NCBI GenBank assembly: GCA_964016885.1 | Contig: OZ024748.1 | Coordinates: 7,688,001-7,752,000, forward strand | Direction: 5' to 3' | Length of the DNA stretch: 64,000 nt | DNA from: Eledone cirrhosa | Taxonomy: Eukaryota | Shown: positions 13,593-29,084 of the stretch, one piece after another | Layout of the letters: each line of letters begins with the position of its first letter | Position numbering within the stretch: position 1 is the first letter of the stretch | Made by a program: the position numbers and the translations under genes | Notes under the pieces: generated by a model | Told to the model about the DNA's origin: nothing | Databases searched by the model: none | What the model saw: only the letters and a program-made list of their open reading frames with translations

Positions 13593-14724
13593 TGTGTTGG
13601 TGTGTAGATGTGGTGGTGTGTAGACGTGGTGGTGTGTAGATGTGGTGGTGTGTAGATGTGGTGGTGTGTAGACGTGTTGGTGTGGTGGTGTGGTGGTGTG
13701 TGGATGTGGTGGTGTGTAGACGTGGTGGTGTGTAGATGTGGTGGTGTAGTGGTGTGGTGGTGTGTAGACGTGGTGGTGTGTAGATGTGGTGGTGTGTAGA
13801 CGTGGTGGTGTGTAGACGTGGTGGTGCGGTGGTGTGGTGGTGTGGTGGTGTGTAGACGTGGTGGTGTGTAGATGTGGTGGTGTGTAGACGTGTTGGTGTG
13901 GTGGTGTGGTGGTGTGGTGGTGTGTAGATGAGGTAGTCTGGTGGTGTGGTGGTGTGTTGGTGTGGTGGTGCGGTGGTGTGGTGGTGTGGTGGTGTGTTTC
14001 TGTGGTGGTGTGGTGGTGCGGTGGTGTGGTGGTGTGTTGGTGTGGTGGTGTGTTGGTGTGGTGGTGCGGTGGTGTGGCGGCGGTGTGTTGGTGTGTTGGT
14101 GTGGTGGTGTGGTGGTGCGGTGGTGTGGCGGCGGTGTGGTGGGGTGTTGGTGTGGTGGTGTGTTGGTGTAGTGGTGCGGTGGTGTGTTTCTGTGGTGGTG
14201 CGGTGGTGCGGTGGTGTGTTGGTGTGTTGGTGTAGTGGTGCGGTGGTGTGGCGGCGGTGTGGTGGTATGTTGGTGTGGTGGTGTGTTGGTGTGGTGGTGC
14301 GGTGGTGTGGCGGCGGTGTGTTGGTGTGGTGGTGTGTTGGTGTGGTGGTGTGTTGGTGTGGTGGTGTGGTGGTGTGTTGGTGTGGTGGTGTGTTGGTGTG
14401 GTGGTGCGGTGGTGTGTTGGTGTGGTGGTGTGTTGGTGTGGTGGTGTGGTGGTGCGGTGGTGTGGCGGTGGTGTGTTGGTGTGTTGGTGTGGTGGTGCGG
14501 TGGTGTGGCGGCGGTGTGGTGGTGTGTTGGTGTGGTGGTGCGGTGGTGTGTTGGTGTGGTGGTGCGGTGGTGTGGCGGCGGTGTGGTGGTGTGTTGGTGT
14601 GGTGGTGCGGTGGTGTGGCGGCGGTGTGGTGGTGTGTTTCTGTGTTGGTGTGGTGGTGCGCACATGCTCACACATACACACATACACACACACACATATA
14701 TACACGGTAAAACGGTAAAAGATT

Positions 14725-14758
<34 letters not shown>

Positions 14759-14975
14759 CAGCAGCAGCAACAGCAGTAGTAGCATCAGCAGCAGCTGTAG
14801 TAGCAGTAGTAGCAGTAGCAGTAGTAGCAGCAGCGACCGTAGCAACAGTAGTTTATAGTAGCAGCAGCTGCAACAGCAGTAGTAGTCGGAACAGCTGCAG
14901 CAACAGCAGTAGTAGCAACAGTGGTAGTATTAGTAGCAGCTGTAGCAACAGCAGCAGCAGTAGCACTACTAGTTA

Positions 14976-15008
<33 letters not shown>

Positions 15009-15037
15009 CAATAGAAGTAGTATTGGTGGTGGTGGTG

Positions 15038-15086
<49 letters not shown>

Positions 15087-15310
15087 CAGTAGTATTGGTG
15101 GTGGTTGTAGTAGTAGTAGCTGCAGTAATAGTAGTAGTAGTAGAAGTAGTAGTAGCAGTACGGGTAACAGTAGTAGTGGTAGTGGTGGTAGTAGTGGTAG
15201 TAGTAGTGGTGGTGGTGGTGGTGGTGGTAGTAGTGGTAGTAGTAGTAGCTGCAGTAGTAGTAGTAGTAGTAGTAGTAATAGTAGTAGTGGTGGTGGTGGT
15301 GGTGGTAGTA
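13593..15310. repeat. Compound GT-rich, (AGC)n, (AGT)n and (GGT)n low-complexity block
   Basis: Direct reading. Confidence 0.95.
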
Positions 15311-15400
15311 GAGCGAAGGGACATATTAAGTACATGACATAATGAAACCCATATGTATTGTCTTGATTTAATGTTGGGAGTGGCAGAATAGAATATAATA

Positions 15401-15628
15401 AACACATTGATATCACATTAATAACACATTAATATCACATTAATAACACATTAATATCACATTGATAACACATTGATATCACATTGATATCACATTGATA
15501 ACACATTGATATCACATTGATATCACATTGATATCACATTGATATCACATTGATAACACATTGATATCACATTGATATCACATTGATAACACATTGATAA
15601 CACATTGATAACACATTGATATTACATT
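15401..15628. repeat. 11-bp tandem repeat (CACATTGATAW)n
   Basis: Direct reading. Confidence 0.92.
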
Positions 15629-15753
15629 GTTAAACTGAGGTAACTGAGAGAAAGTTCATACACATACATACACACGCAGAGACAGATACACGCAGAGAGA
15701 GAGAGACACATATACACACACACACACACAGACATATATACATGCACAGACAA

Positions 15754-15791
<38 letters not shown>

Positions 15792-16466
15792 ACAGCAAGG
15801 TATTCGCCATTGTTAATAGGAATGCCTCGTGGTTAGTTTTGCCTTCAAAAGTTTGTAAATATATTGAAAACTCTTCGTAAAGACATGAAAGCCAGAGTTA
15901 ACTTTGGTGGCACACTCCCTGAACCTTTTGCCGTGGAAAATGGTGTGAAGCAGAGAGATCTTCGTTCACCTACTCTCTTTGTGATATATTTTGCTGCCAG
16001 GCTCTATCATGCTTTCTAAAACAACAATGAAGGGGTGTATGTAAGATCATACCACAGGAAATCTCTTTAATTCAACAAGGATGACATTTAAGAGCGGTGT
16101 GTTTGCCTCACAAATAAGAGACCTATTGTATGCTGGTGACTGTGACCTTGTCAGTTATACTGAGCATGGACTACAACTGTTGATCTCTGTGGTATCTTTG
16201 GTTTGACTACAAAGTTAAAGACAACAGTAGTTTTATGTCAACCTGCTCCTGGTCAAGTTGTGCTACAACCTAAAATATATGTGAGGGGTAATCTTCTTAA
16301 TGTTGAATCTTTCAAATATCTTGGAAGTGCAGTGAATAAAGATGGAACATTGGATTCAGAAATATTTCTGAGGTTTTAAAAGGCAGCGAAATCTTTTGGT
16401 AATTTAGAGTCTCAGGTTTGGTCACAAAGACAGACCAAGAACGAAACAAAACTAGTTGTTTATAGC

Positions 16467-16850
16467 CAGTGTCAGATTTACCATTGTACTTTACCAGAGG
16501 CCCCCATCTTTCTGCCAAAAAGATTTTTTACGATCATTTTTTCAAATGTTTGGGGCCTCATGTGTGTGACAGCTCACACCTATGCAGGTTTAGCTGGCCT
16601 CCTCTAAGGTATATCCCGTTGGAGGTGTCTTGGGTAATTTAATGATAGGGACCCCAGTCCTATCATCTCATTTCTACAGCTGAGGAAACTGGAGCAACGT
16701 GAAATAAAGTGTCTTGCTTAAGGAAACAACACATCACCCGGTCCGAGAATTGAACTCACAACCTTTCTATTGCAAGCCCAATGCTCTAACCACTAAGCCA
16801 TGCGCCTTCACCACTAGCACAGGGCCTTATTTGTCCTAATTCCGACACTG
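16467..16850. mobile_element. hAT-like MITE inserted in the RTE LINE
   Basis: Terminal inverted repeats CAGTGTCAGATTTA ... TAATTCCGACACTG. The RT translation resumes after it. Confidence 0.65.
16570..16810 (-). mobile_element. tRNA-derived SINE (family S3) nested in the MITE
   Basis: Minus strand starts GGCGCATGGCTTAGTGGTTAGAGCA (A box), then GAGTTCAATTC (B box), then GTGTTGTTTCCTTAAGCAAGACACTTTATTTCACGTTGCTCCAG as at 46930-47178. Confidence 0.8.
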
Positions 16851-17296
16851 TAAATAAATCCTTTGTGTTATTATTTCTTCTGTTCTCTTCTGAAACTTGG
16901 ACGTGTTACAAATATCACTTTAGACTCCTGGAACGATTCCATCAAAAGTGCTTACGACTTATTCTGAAAATAAAATGGAATTCATTTACTCCCGAGTCTG
17001 GTGTTTTAGCTGGTATTATTCCACCAAGGCAATAATTTTGAAAAACTAACTGCGGGGATCTGGACATATTACCCGCATGGTTGACGAACGTGTCTCTAAG
17101 CAACTGTTTTATGGGGAACTTGATCAGAGAAAAAGAAAACAGAGTAAGCCAAAAGAAAGGATCAAGGATGTACTGAAGGAGAACTTGAAAAATGTAGGAA
17201 TTGACCCTAGAAACCTGGAAAATCTCGGGTTACGCAACCTTTGTTCGTTCATCCCATGCCTTCCAGGACAAGTCGTAGGCCCATCGCCAGTTCTCA

Positions 17297-17536
17297 CAGC
17301 CGGATCAATTGGAGACAGACGCTTCTGACAGGATCCACTGGAAGGCGTCATTAAGGACTCTACTCCTACGACCCTGCCAAGAAGAAGAAGAATGGTCTCA
17401 CTTGGGGATCCAGCCGGATCAGTTGGAAACGGTTGCTTCTGACAGGACCCGCTGGAAGGAGTGTTTGAGGACCTGGCCCCTCGTGACTGTCTCAGGCGTA
17501 AGTGGGCGAAGAAGAAGGAGAAGGAAAAGAAGAAGT
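17297..17536 (+). mobile_element. Two tandem RTE (Expander-like) LINE 3' ends with GAA tails
   Basis: QPDQLETDASDRIHWKASLRTLLLRPCQ followed by LGIQPDQLETVASDRTRWKECLRTWPL, each ending in (GAA)n. Confidence 0.7.
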
Positions 17537-18269
17537 AGACACTTGACGCTGGTCTGTACGTGACGGGGTTTAAGATTAAACTAAAATTTAACCGCAAGAA
17601 CGCAACACCCGAAAATGTAGCAAGATATATTGACAATAAATTTGACTTCCGTCAGTAATTTTATCAATCAAAACAAACACTTAACATTAAATATACCACT
17701 AACTGTGGATAATGTTTCACGTCTGCTACTTACCACCTGCAGTGAGAATGACATGGAGAAATCTAAGAACACTACTGTGGTGGAAATTGACTCTTCGCTT
17801 CTCAAATTGATTTCCCGCTTTACAGTTCAATGTTTACAAACTAGACTGGCTTGCAATTCTCTACCTTCTCCCGATTATCTGCAAGTAGTAATTGAAAATA
17901 TTTCTGCGACGAATGATTGTACGGATCGAATTTCCCCCGTACATAGCATAGAATATCTGTCACAGTTTCTTCACAGTTATTTTTCTCCTTAACACTTTCA
18001 TTGATTTTTTGTCTGTTTTTAAACTGCTATATTGCCTCATTGACGAATCAAGCAAGTCTGCTTCCGTGTTGCACGTAAACTTGATCATGTTGCTTCTGCT
18101 AAGATACGATAAGGTATTCTTAGCTGACTTTTTCTTCATCGTGCTTTCATAGAACGATGAGACGCAATTCCTCATCTACAGTATCTGCGTTTCTTACTAC
18201 GTACAATTATAGCTGCAATCGTATTTCTCGCAACCAGTTTTTAATAATGTCTCTAAACTAAAACCAAAT

Positions 18270-18301
<32 letters not shown>

Positions 18302-18372
18302 ACGCACACACACACGCACACGCACACGCACACGCACACACATATATATGTGTGTGTGTATATATATACATA

Positions 18373-18496
18373 TGTTAGGTAATTCCGAAGGAAAAGCAAA
18401 GGAAAAAAGAGTGCTCTATGTATAGAACAGAGCTATTTAATTAGAAAGTGAACATCACAAAATATGGAGTAGTTATATTTTGTGTTGTTCACTCTC

Positions 18497-18502
<6 letters not shown>
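18373..18502. mobile_element. (TA)n-flanked asymmetric fold-back insert, no HHR visible
   Basis: TAATTAGAAAGTGAACATCACAAAATAT-9 nt-ATATTTTGTGTTGTTCACTCTCTAATTA plus a unique left extension. Confidence 0.55.
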
Positions 18503-18564
<62 letters not shown>

Positions 18565-19439
18565 ATACAATAACAGAGATAGCTTTAAGCTAAACTCCGA
18601 CTGGTAACCATCTCACTCAACAAACATTAGGTTATACGTTAGTATAAACCCAATTTAAGTGTTTGGGGTGCTAACTATATGTATTTTGTGGAAAGCCAGT
18701 TGTATTATTTTATATGAGATATAATTAAAGTTAAAATATATATATAATATTGTAAAATATTCATTGAGACTAAAAGACAAATAATGAAATATTTCAAAGC
18801 ATCTATCCTTTTAATTTTAAATTTAGTTAAAAAGACAAAAGAAAATATTAGACTATTATTAACAAATTTCGTAGTTGTTCTTTGAATTAGTGCTGGCATG
18901 GGTTCGACAAGGAAAATATATTAGGTATAAGGGACGGAGAAGGAGAGACATCTTTTTTTCCATGTTGACATAGGTTGTAGGCATCAAACCAAGGAGGGGG
19001 AAGCTGAAGAATTAATAAGTGGGGGAGGAGGACGATTATTTGAGACCCGAGTGTAACACATAGACACGAAGTGTAAACAAGGAAGGAAAAGAGGAGATAT
19101 TGAAATATATGTATTCAGTTTAACTCAGGAAAGTTTACTTAACTGAGAACCAACCCCAAATTGCTGGCTTTGTGGCTATATAAGAAACCATTATTTCTTT
19201 CACCTGAGTTTTTTTTAGAGGGTGGGTGATTGTTAAGAGCTGAAGTATTTTCTGGCTTTACAAATAAGAGATGTGCAGTGTGATCTTAGCTGTGTGAAGG
19301 ATGTGCGTTCGTTATGAGGGATCATCAATGATAATGAAACCTCGTATTTCTGGCAATTTTAGGGGTTATATTTGTGTGCAGCTCATGCGAAAACTCAGGA
19401 AAGTTTACTTAACTGAGAACCAAAAAATGATATTAGAAA

Positions 19440-19785
19440 GGGTCTCCGTCAGTTTCAACGACGAGTGTTCCAGTTGTTCGATCAACGAAACACCCTGCTC
19501 ATGAAAATAACATATAGGTGGTTGAATATTCCATAAATACGTGTACTCTTAATGCAATTCTCGGGGAGATTCAGCATGACATAGTATGTGTGTGTGTGTG
19601 TGTGACAAGACTGAACCCATTGAATTACAAGTACAGTTGATCTGACGGGCTTCGAAACAGATTCCGTCTATCCAATTCCACTCACAAGACATTAGTCGAC
19701 CCGAGGCTTGTCCAAGATGTCAGACATTTGTCCATGATGTCAGACAGTAGAAATAAAACCCGGGACCTAATTATTACGAAGGAAT
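19440..19785 (-). mobile_element. SINE-like repeat, family S2
   Basis: Colinear with 2740-3105 and 20133-20735. Confidence 0.7.
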
Positions 19786-19933
19786 AATCCTCGTCGAAAC
19801 CGACGGAGTACCATTGCAGACTCAGTTGTTATTAAAACAGGTATCATAAAAAATGTTTTTCACATTACAAGAAGAGTTTTTATCTTTTTATATCATTCCT
19901 ACCCAATTGATAGGCTTCTGTAATTCTATTAGC

Positions 19934-20045
19934 ATTTTGATAATTTTATTAGTGTTTTGATAATTTTATTAGTATTTCGATAATTTTATTAGTATTTCGA
20001 TAATTTTATTATCTTTTTGATAATTTTATTAGCAGTTTGATAACT
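19934..20045. repeat. 20-bp tandem repeat (TTTTGATAATTTTATTAGTA) x ~5
   Basis: Direct reading. Confidence 0.88.
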
Positions 20046-20132
20046 TCACACTTATTGGCGGTAATAATCATAATGCGAAACTTAGCGAGTAAAATTAGAA
20101 ATGATGTCTGCTCGACATATTGTGGTGGAATG

Positions 20133-20735
20133 GGCCTCAGTCGGTTTCGACGATGACTGTTACCATTGTTTGATTAACGGAACAACCAGTTCGTGAAATT
20201 TAAGTGTAAGTAGCTGAGCATTCCACAGACACGTGTGATCATAACGTAATTCTCAGAGAAATTCAGTGTGACAGTTTGTGTGACAAAGTTGACCCTTTGG
20301 ATTACAGTTACAGTGCATCCGACGCGGCTTCCAAACAGTTTCTGTCCAGGGCTGGATTTAATGGAGGGCGCAAAGGGGGCAATTGCCCCGGGCCCCTGAA
20401 GTGTGTGGTCCCACCAGCAACGGTCGTAACAATTTATTTGTGCCCTCAGCTGGGATTTCTAGTTTGAGGATGGTTAGAATTTTTGAATTTAATACTTGTA
20501 TGGATAACTTTTCAATTCCAATTACTTGCACCAAGCTTACTTTGATATGTAAAATCTGTGTATTCTAATGTTTTGTTTATGAGCCCCCTACCCAAACCTG
20601 AAGTGCACCTGACCCCCAATGTCTAAACCCAACCCTCCTCAATTTCACTCATAAGGCTTGGATGAACCAGAGGCTATGGTTAATGAGACTTACCCTAGAT
20701 GCCACGCAGTAGGATTGAACCTGAGACTTACTGAC
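20133..20735 (-). mobile_element. SINE-like repeat, family S2, split by a MITE
   Basis: S2 sequence stops at CAGTTTCTGTC and resumes at AATTTCACTCATAAGGC. B-box-like GGATTGAACC near 20712. Confidence 0.7.
20347..20636. mobile_element. hAT-like MITE
   Basis: Imperfect terminal inverted repeats CAGGGCTGGATTTA ... TAAACCCAACCCT with a GC-rich GGGCAATTGCCCCGGGCCCC subterminus. Confidence 0.6.
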
Positions 20736-20865
20736 TCTCACCCACCAAAGAACTCCCCCAAACACACTGCTCGGGCCCAATTCAACGGGTTAGCGATGTT
20801 AGGGGCCTTAGGGTATAAAACCTATATCAAACATGCTTAAAGAACAAAAATATTACAAGACAGCA

Positions 20866-21041
20866 ATACTTTTTGGCACAAGGCCAGCAATTATCGCAGT
20901 GCATTACTGGTACTTTATTTTATCGACCCCGTAAGAATGAAAGGCAAAGTTAACCATGGCGAGATTTGAACTCAGAATGGAAAGGGCCATAACTCTATGC
21001 GTCAAAGCATGGCGTCCGACCCTCTACCGATACTGCCAATC
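20866..21041 (-). mobile_element. tRNA-derived SINE family S1
   Basis: Reverse complement of the S1 head (TTGGCAGTATCGGTAGAGGGTCGGACGCC), B box and tail. Confidence 0.85.
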
Positions 21042-21066
21042 TACAAGACAGTAACAATTATAGTTT

Positions 21067-21250
21067 AAGGCGGTTAATTGGCAGAATCGTTAAGAGTTTC
21101 TGTTTAAAGACGTCTCAGTATTGGTCTTAGTTTTCTGGTCTCTGAGTTCAAATCCTGCCAAAGTCAACTTTACCTTTCTTCCTTTCGAGGTTGATAAATA
21201 AAGTTCCACTCCAGTCCTTGGGGGCCGATTTATCCACCCTCTTATCTTTC
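21067..21250 (+). mobile_element. tRNA-derived SINE family S1 (diverged)
   Basis: TGGCAGAATCGTTA A box, GAGTTCAAATCC B box, central domain. Confidence 0.75.
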
Positions 21251-21562
21251 TTTAGAAGAAATCGGCTGTGTTTAGACCTGGGGAGGGATGGCCTCCGCTA
21301 GGTTTAAAATGTCCAAGAGACACCGTGCATGAAGACGGCGTCCCTACGTCATTAATAGTTAAGTGTTCTTTACCTTTACAATATAATCCACCTATGCACT
21401 AACTACATTACCTACCCAGACAAATGCACTTTCATTGGTTCCAGCTAATGTACTCTGACCATGCTGGAGCACTACATATGTTATATATGTATTATAAATT
21501 ATTTTACACCGAACTTCAGATCTATAAGGATTTAGATAAACTATGGTATGTATGCCATTATC

Positions 21563-21635
<73 letters not shown>

Positions 21636-21637
<2 letters not shown>

Positions 21638-21815
21638 GTTGTGGTGGGACTGAATCGTTAGAATGCCGAAACAATACTCTTGACGTTCTGAGTTCAAATC
21701 CCGCGGGGGTCAACCTTGCTTTTCATCCGTCGACAAAATAAAAAGTACCAGTTAAATATTGGGATCGATTTAATCGAATTCCTCTCCCTCTCCAAAATTG
21801 CTGGCATTAGGACAT
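21636..21815 (+). mobile_element. tRNA-derived SINE family S1
   Basis: GAGTTCAAATCC, AAGTACCAG, AAATTGCTGGC tail. Confidence 0.75.
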
Positions 21816-21855
21816 AATCACACCACACATATACACACACAAAAACGCACATCAG

Positions 21856-21906
21856 GGCTTCCTGATGATTTCTCCCGAATGAAACAGTTCTAGTCCTGTA
21901 GAAGCC
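21856..21906 (+). ncRNA. Complete type I hammerhead ribozyme (family A; host insert ~21853-21989)
   Basis: GGCTTC-CTGATGA-TTTCTCCCGAAT-GAAACAG-TTCTAGTC-CTGTA-GAAGCC. Stem I GGCTTC/GAAGCC, stem II TTC/GAA, stem III ACAG/CTGT, GUA triplet with predicted cut after 21900. Confidence 0.85.
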
Positions 21907-22001
21907 ATTTCTATATTAAATATTTATACTCTGTTATGTATTGAGTTCCTTACTTACTGTGGTTACCCCCGACTGAACCTGGAATAAACATACATACATA
22001 C

Positions 22002-22099
<98 letters not shown>

Positions 22100-22155
22100 A
22101 AAAAGTGATGTTACGTAGATTTATTGCTTAATCCTGGTGGTTACTGAACTTTCTG

Positions 22156-22700
<545 letters not shown>

Positions 22701-23802
22701 CGTACGTACATGTATGCATGTATGTGTGTGTATGTATATACCTACGTATAAAGATATGAGTATATCATGTATGCACACACACATATACATGTTCATATAC
22801 AGACACATACGTACTGCCATGAATTAGTACAACACTCCATTTAAGCCGCCTCTGTAAGTATTTCCTCAAATATTTGCAATTGGAAATTAAGTTATTTTAC
22901 GCATCTTTTCACATATGACTTCATGTATTTATTACCTCACCGTTTAATTTCTTTTGTAAAACACCTCAAATACTTAAGAATATAGGTTATAGCTACAAGC
23001 TTGACTAATGGTATGCGATATTGTCTAACCCCTTTCTTACCTACCTGCTCAAGAATTGCATTTCTTTCAATGAAATAAAACCACCATAAAGGGGTCCTTA
23101 TTTAAATTAAAATCTTCCAGCATAATTTGACATAAGAAGCTGTTGTAATATTATTTTATGTATATTATTGTATATTATTTTATGTATATTGTTTTATGTT
23201 AAAAAATAATATCTTAAAAATGAAATAATTAATAATTTTATTAAATCCTCTCAAATTCTTCGTTAATTAATTCAAATAGCTACAGCATAAGTCATTAGAA
23301 ATATGGTAAGAAAAGGGTTAATAGAATTGCCACATTTCCCCGTAACCAGGTCAAGCTGTTGCTTTAACAATTTATCTACCTTGAATCCGTGGAATAGAAT
23401 GATCTTTATTCTTTATTTTTTGCTTTCGATATTAATACTGCTGTAAAAATGGTAAGGTATCATTCATCAATATTCCATACCTTCAAGTTGTTACGACATC
23501 CATCATTATTATTTACACAGTAGCATCTGATTTGACTATAAAGAAAGGGATACTTTATTTTAACAAGTGATGTTCATGCTATCGATACATTGGAAACTCT
23601 AACAGTATTACTACTATCTCAGTTATCAATATGGTTTGTGTCAACACACTGCAGATTCCAACTTCTTAGTTACAGAATACAATAGATATTAAGGTAAATA
23701 TGTCGTTCAAATACCATTATATGCACCAATATTTCACAATCTGCAATATGTTTGTTAAAATATACAACATATTATTAAAATATATAACATATTTGATCTT
23801 TA

Positions 23803-25572
<1,770 letters not shown>

Positions 25573-25789
25573 TAGACACTAGATAAGGTAATAATGACTT
25601 TTAAGTTGCTTTTTTCACTTAAGATCCTTCGTTACACCTTTATATATTTCATCTTGTGGAAAGCGCACGCACATGTATATAGATGCATGTATATGTGTAA
25701 TATGTATATACTTACATGTTCATACACACACACTCACAAACTCACACACACACAGACACACACATATATATATATATATATACGTTTCT

Positions 25790-25893
<104 letters not shown>

Positions 25894-26248
25894 GTGTGTG
25901 TATCTGCATATATGTGAAATGTCGGTAAGGTTTACAGATGTTAATTTAAATACAAACAAAACAGACGTGCTGTTACTTATATATATATATTGTACAAGCT
26001 TCAGGTGTATCGATCTCTCAACTGTTCGAAGCTAAAAGAAGGGACATGACAGATATTACAATAATAGTAGTCCTATTGTATTCAAGTCTCAACAGAAGAC
26101 TCTGGCTGGCTTTTATTGTAAATATATTTGAGATCATTGTAGGACATTAGTAAAATATCTTTATATACAGACCTATCTATCTACTATCTATCTATCTACT
26201 ATCTATCTATCTATCTACATATACATATGTGTGTGTGTGTCAAATTTG

Positions 26249-26440
26249 AAATAGAAGTGGCTTCTACAGGACTAGAACTGTTTCATTCGAAAGAAATCAC
26301 CAGGAAAGCCACAACGATTTTCCTTTGAATTAGACAGTTCTAGTCCTGTAGAAGCCATTTCTATTTTTAAACACGATGTCTCCACCTTGCTAATATATTG
26401 AGTACCTTAGTGTGGTTACCTCCGATTGAACCCGGGACTC
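26249..26440 (+). mobile_element. Family A fold-back element; inverted arm carries an HHR with mutated core (CTGGTGA) at 26259-26310 (-)
   Basis: Arms ATAGAAGTGGCTTCTACAGGACTAGAACTGT / ACAGTTCTAGTCCTGTAGAAGCCATTTCTAT. The tail GTGGTTACCTCCGATTGAACCCGG is followed by CA/TA repeats. Confidence 0.8.
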
Positions 26441-26448
26441 ACACACAC

Positions 26449-26513
<65 letters not shown>

Positions 26514-27149
26514 TGTTTCTACTTTTGGAATAAGGCCAGCAATTATCTCAGTACATTACTGGTAATTTATTTTATCGACCCCAAATATATAATTGTTAAT
26601 GACCATTAATACTTCATGGGGACATAATTACAGATAACAATAGCTTCTAGAATAGTCAGATTTACCATCAAGAAACATATCAATATTATATCTATATTGT
26701 TATTGTTATTCAAATATTTTACTTTGAATTTCCCTCATATATTGAAATCAAATGTTAGTATATGAGAGATTTTTCTATTTTATACAGATGTTTAAAACAT
26801 CCATCTGTCTGTTTGTCTGTCTTTTTTTTATCTTTTACCCTTTTGCAAAATATAATCAATAATTCCAAGAATTTCTTTTCTAATCATTGTCACAGCTGTT
26901 GAGAAAATCATATTTAGAAGGGGAACATCTTGCGTTTAAATCAAACTCAACAAATATATCATATTGAAAGAATTAGAGTCGTGATTTAGTAATTTAAACA
27001 TAACAGCAATATGAAAATTAATTATTTACAAGCCGTAGTAAGTTTGTAGCTGTTTACACAGTTCAGTTTTGTGAGCAACTATTGCTTCAGGATTTAAAGC
27101 TAAGCTAGAGACAATGACATATATTTGGAATATAGATTTCTATAAATAG

Positions 27150-28292
<1,143 letters not shown>

Positions 28293-28506
28293 TAAAACAA
28301 CAACAGAGGAAGTTGCTAATTATAAACTAAATTATTATCCACATCCTAACATTGTTAAACTATCATTAAGAACACATCATTGTTAATTGCTAATTAGTTG
28401 AGAAAGGGCGGAGAAGATTTTCAAAGAAAAACAAACAAAACCACAAAACTTTAATTATTATCTTTGGGTTTAGTTAATTTTTCAATATATATATATATAC
28501 ATATAT

Positions 28507-28801
28507 ATTAGAAAGTGAGGTTTTTTTACAAAATGAAAAATAACCGAGGTGTCCTACACGAGTGAAAGTATAAAGGAAAAAAAGATGAAATCGAAAATGC
28601 AACTGGAGTGTTATTTAAAAATATATATATATTTATTTGGTTCCTTTACCGGTTTCGCAGTTCTTCTGCTTTTCAAAAGTAGAATTGAAATGGAGGGTCT
28701 GTGATTTTTCTCACAGATGTGAGAAAAATCAAATAAATATATATATATTTTTAAATAAGACTCCAGTTGCATTTTCGATTTCATCTTTTTTTTCTTTATA
28801 C
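28507..28801 (-). mobile_element. (TA)n-flanked fold-back element (family F) with a decayed HHR at 28644-28679 (-)
   Basis: ~72-bp arms 28568-28639 / 28730-28801. Minus strand CTT-TTGAAAA-GCAG AAGAA CTGC-GAAAC-CG-GTA-AAG has intact stems, and the core CTGAAGA carries two transitions. Confidence 0.7.
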
Positions 28802-28873
28802 ATATATAGTGAAAATTGGAACGGGAACGAAAACAGAGAGGCAGTATAAACAAAGGTTTATTAGTTTCACGCT

Positions 28874-28939
<66 letters not shown>

Positions 28940-28955
28940 TGAGTATGTGTATACA

Positions 28956-29053
28956 CAGGGTGTCCCCGAAAATGTATACACAAAGGATGTATTTTCTAAT
29001 AAATATTGCCCGTACAGGTAATGAAAGTGTGTATACATCTTTTGGAACACCCT
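28956..29053. mobile_element. ~100-bp Tc1/mariner-like MITE
   Basis: Terminal inverted repeats CAGGGTGTCCCCGAAAATGTATACAC ... GTGTATACATCTTTTGGAACACCCTG. Second copy at 55-153. Confidence 0.75.
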
Positions 29054-29084
29054 GTTTATATATATATATACACATATATATTAT

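Larger units (their letters stand above)
15795..17225 (+). pseudogene. Decayed RTE/BovB-like LINE reverse transcriptase, interrupted at 16467-16850
   Basis: Frameshifted translation gives DMKARVNFGGTLPEPFAVENGVKQ..PTLF, IRDLLYAGDCDLVS (YADD-equivalent), FKYLGS, SETWT..LERFHQKCLRLILKIKW and GHITRMVDERVSKQLFYGEL. Confidence 0.9.

Noticed and set aside
13497-15416. His/Thr/Pro-, Val/Trp/Cys- and poly-T/V/L ORFs (also at 51655-53993)
   Set aside because: Low-complexity repeats open in several frames on both strands, with no splice or domain support.
16680-16710. CTGAGGA...GTGAAA inside the S3 SINE
   Set aside because: The other S3 copy reads CTGAGTA and no stems form, so this is a chance match.
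23520-23692. AG/GT-bounded + strand segment
   Set aside because: Stop codons in all three frames. A non-coding exon cannot be supported from sequence alone.
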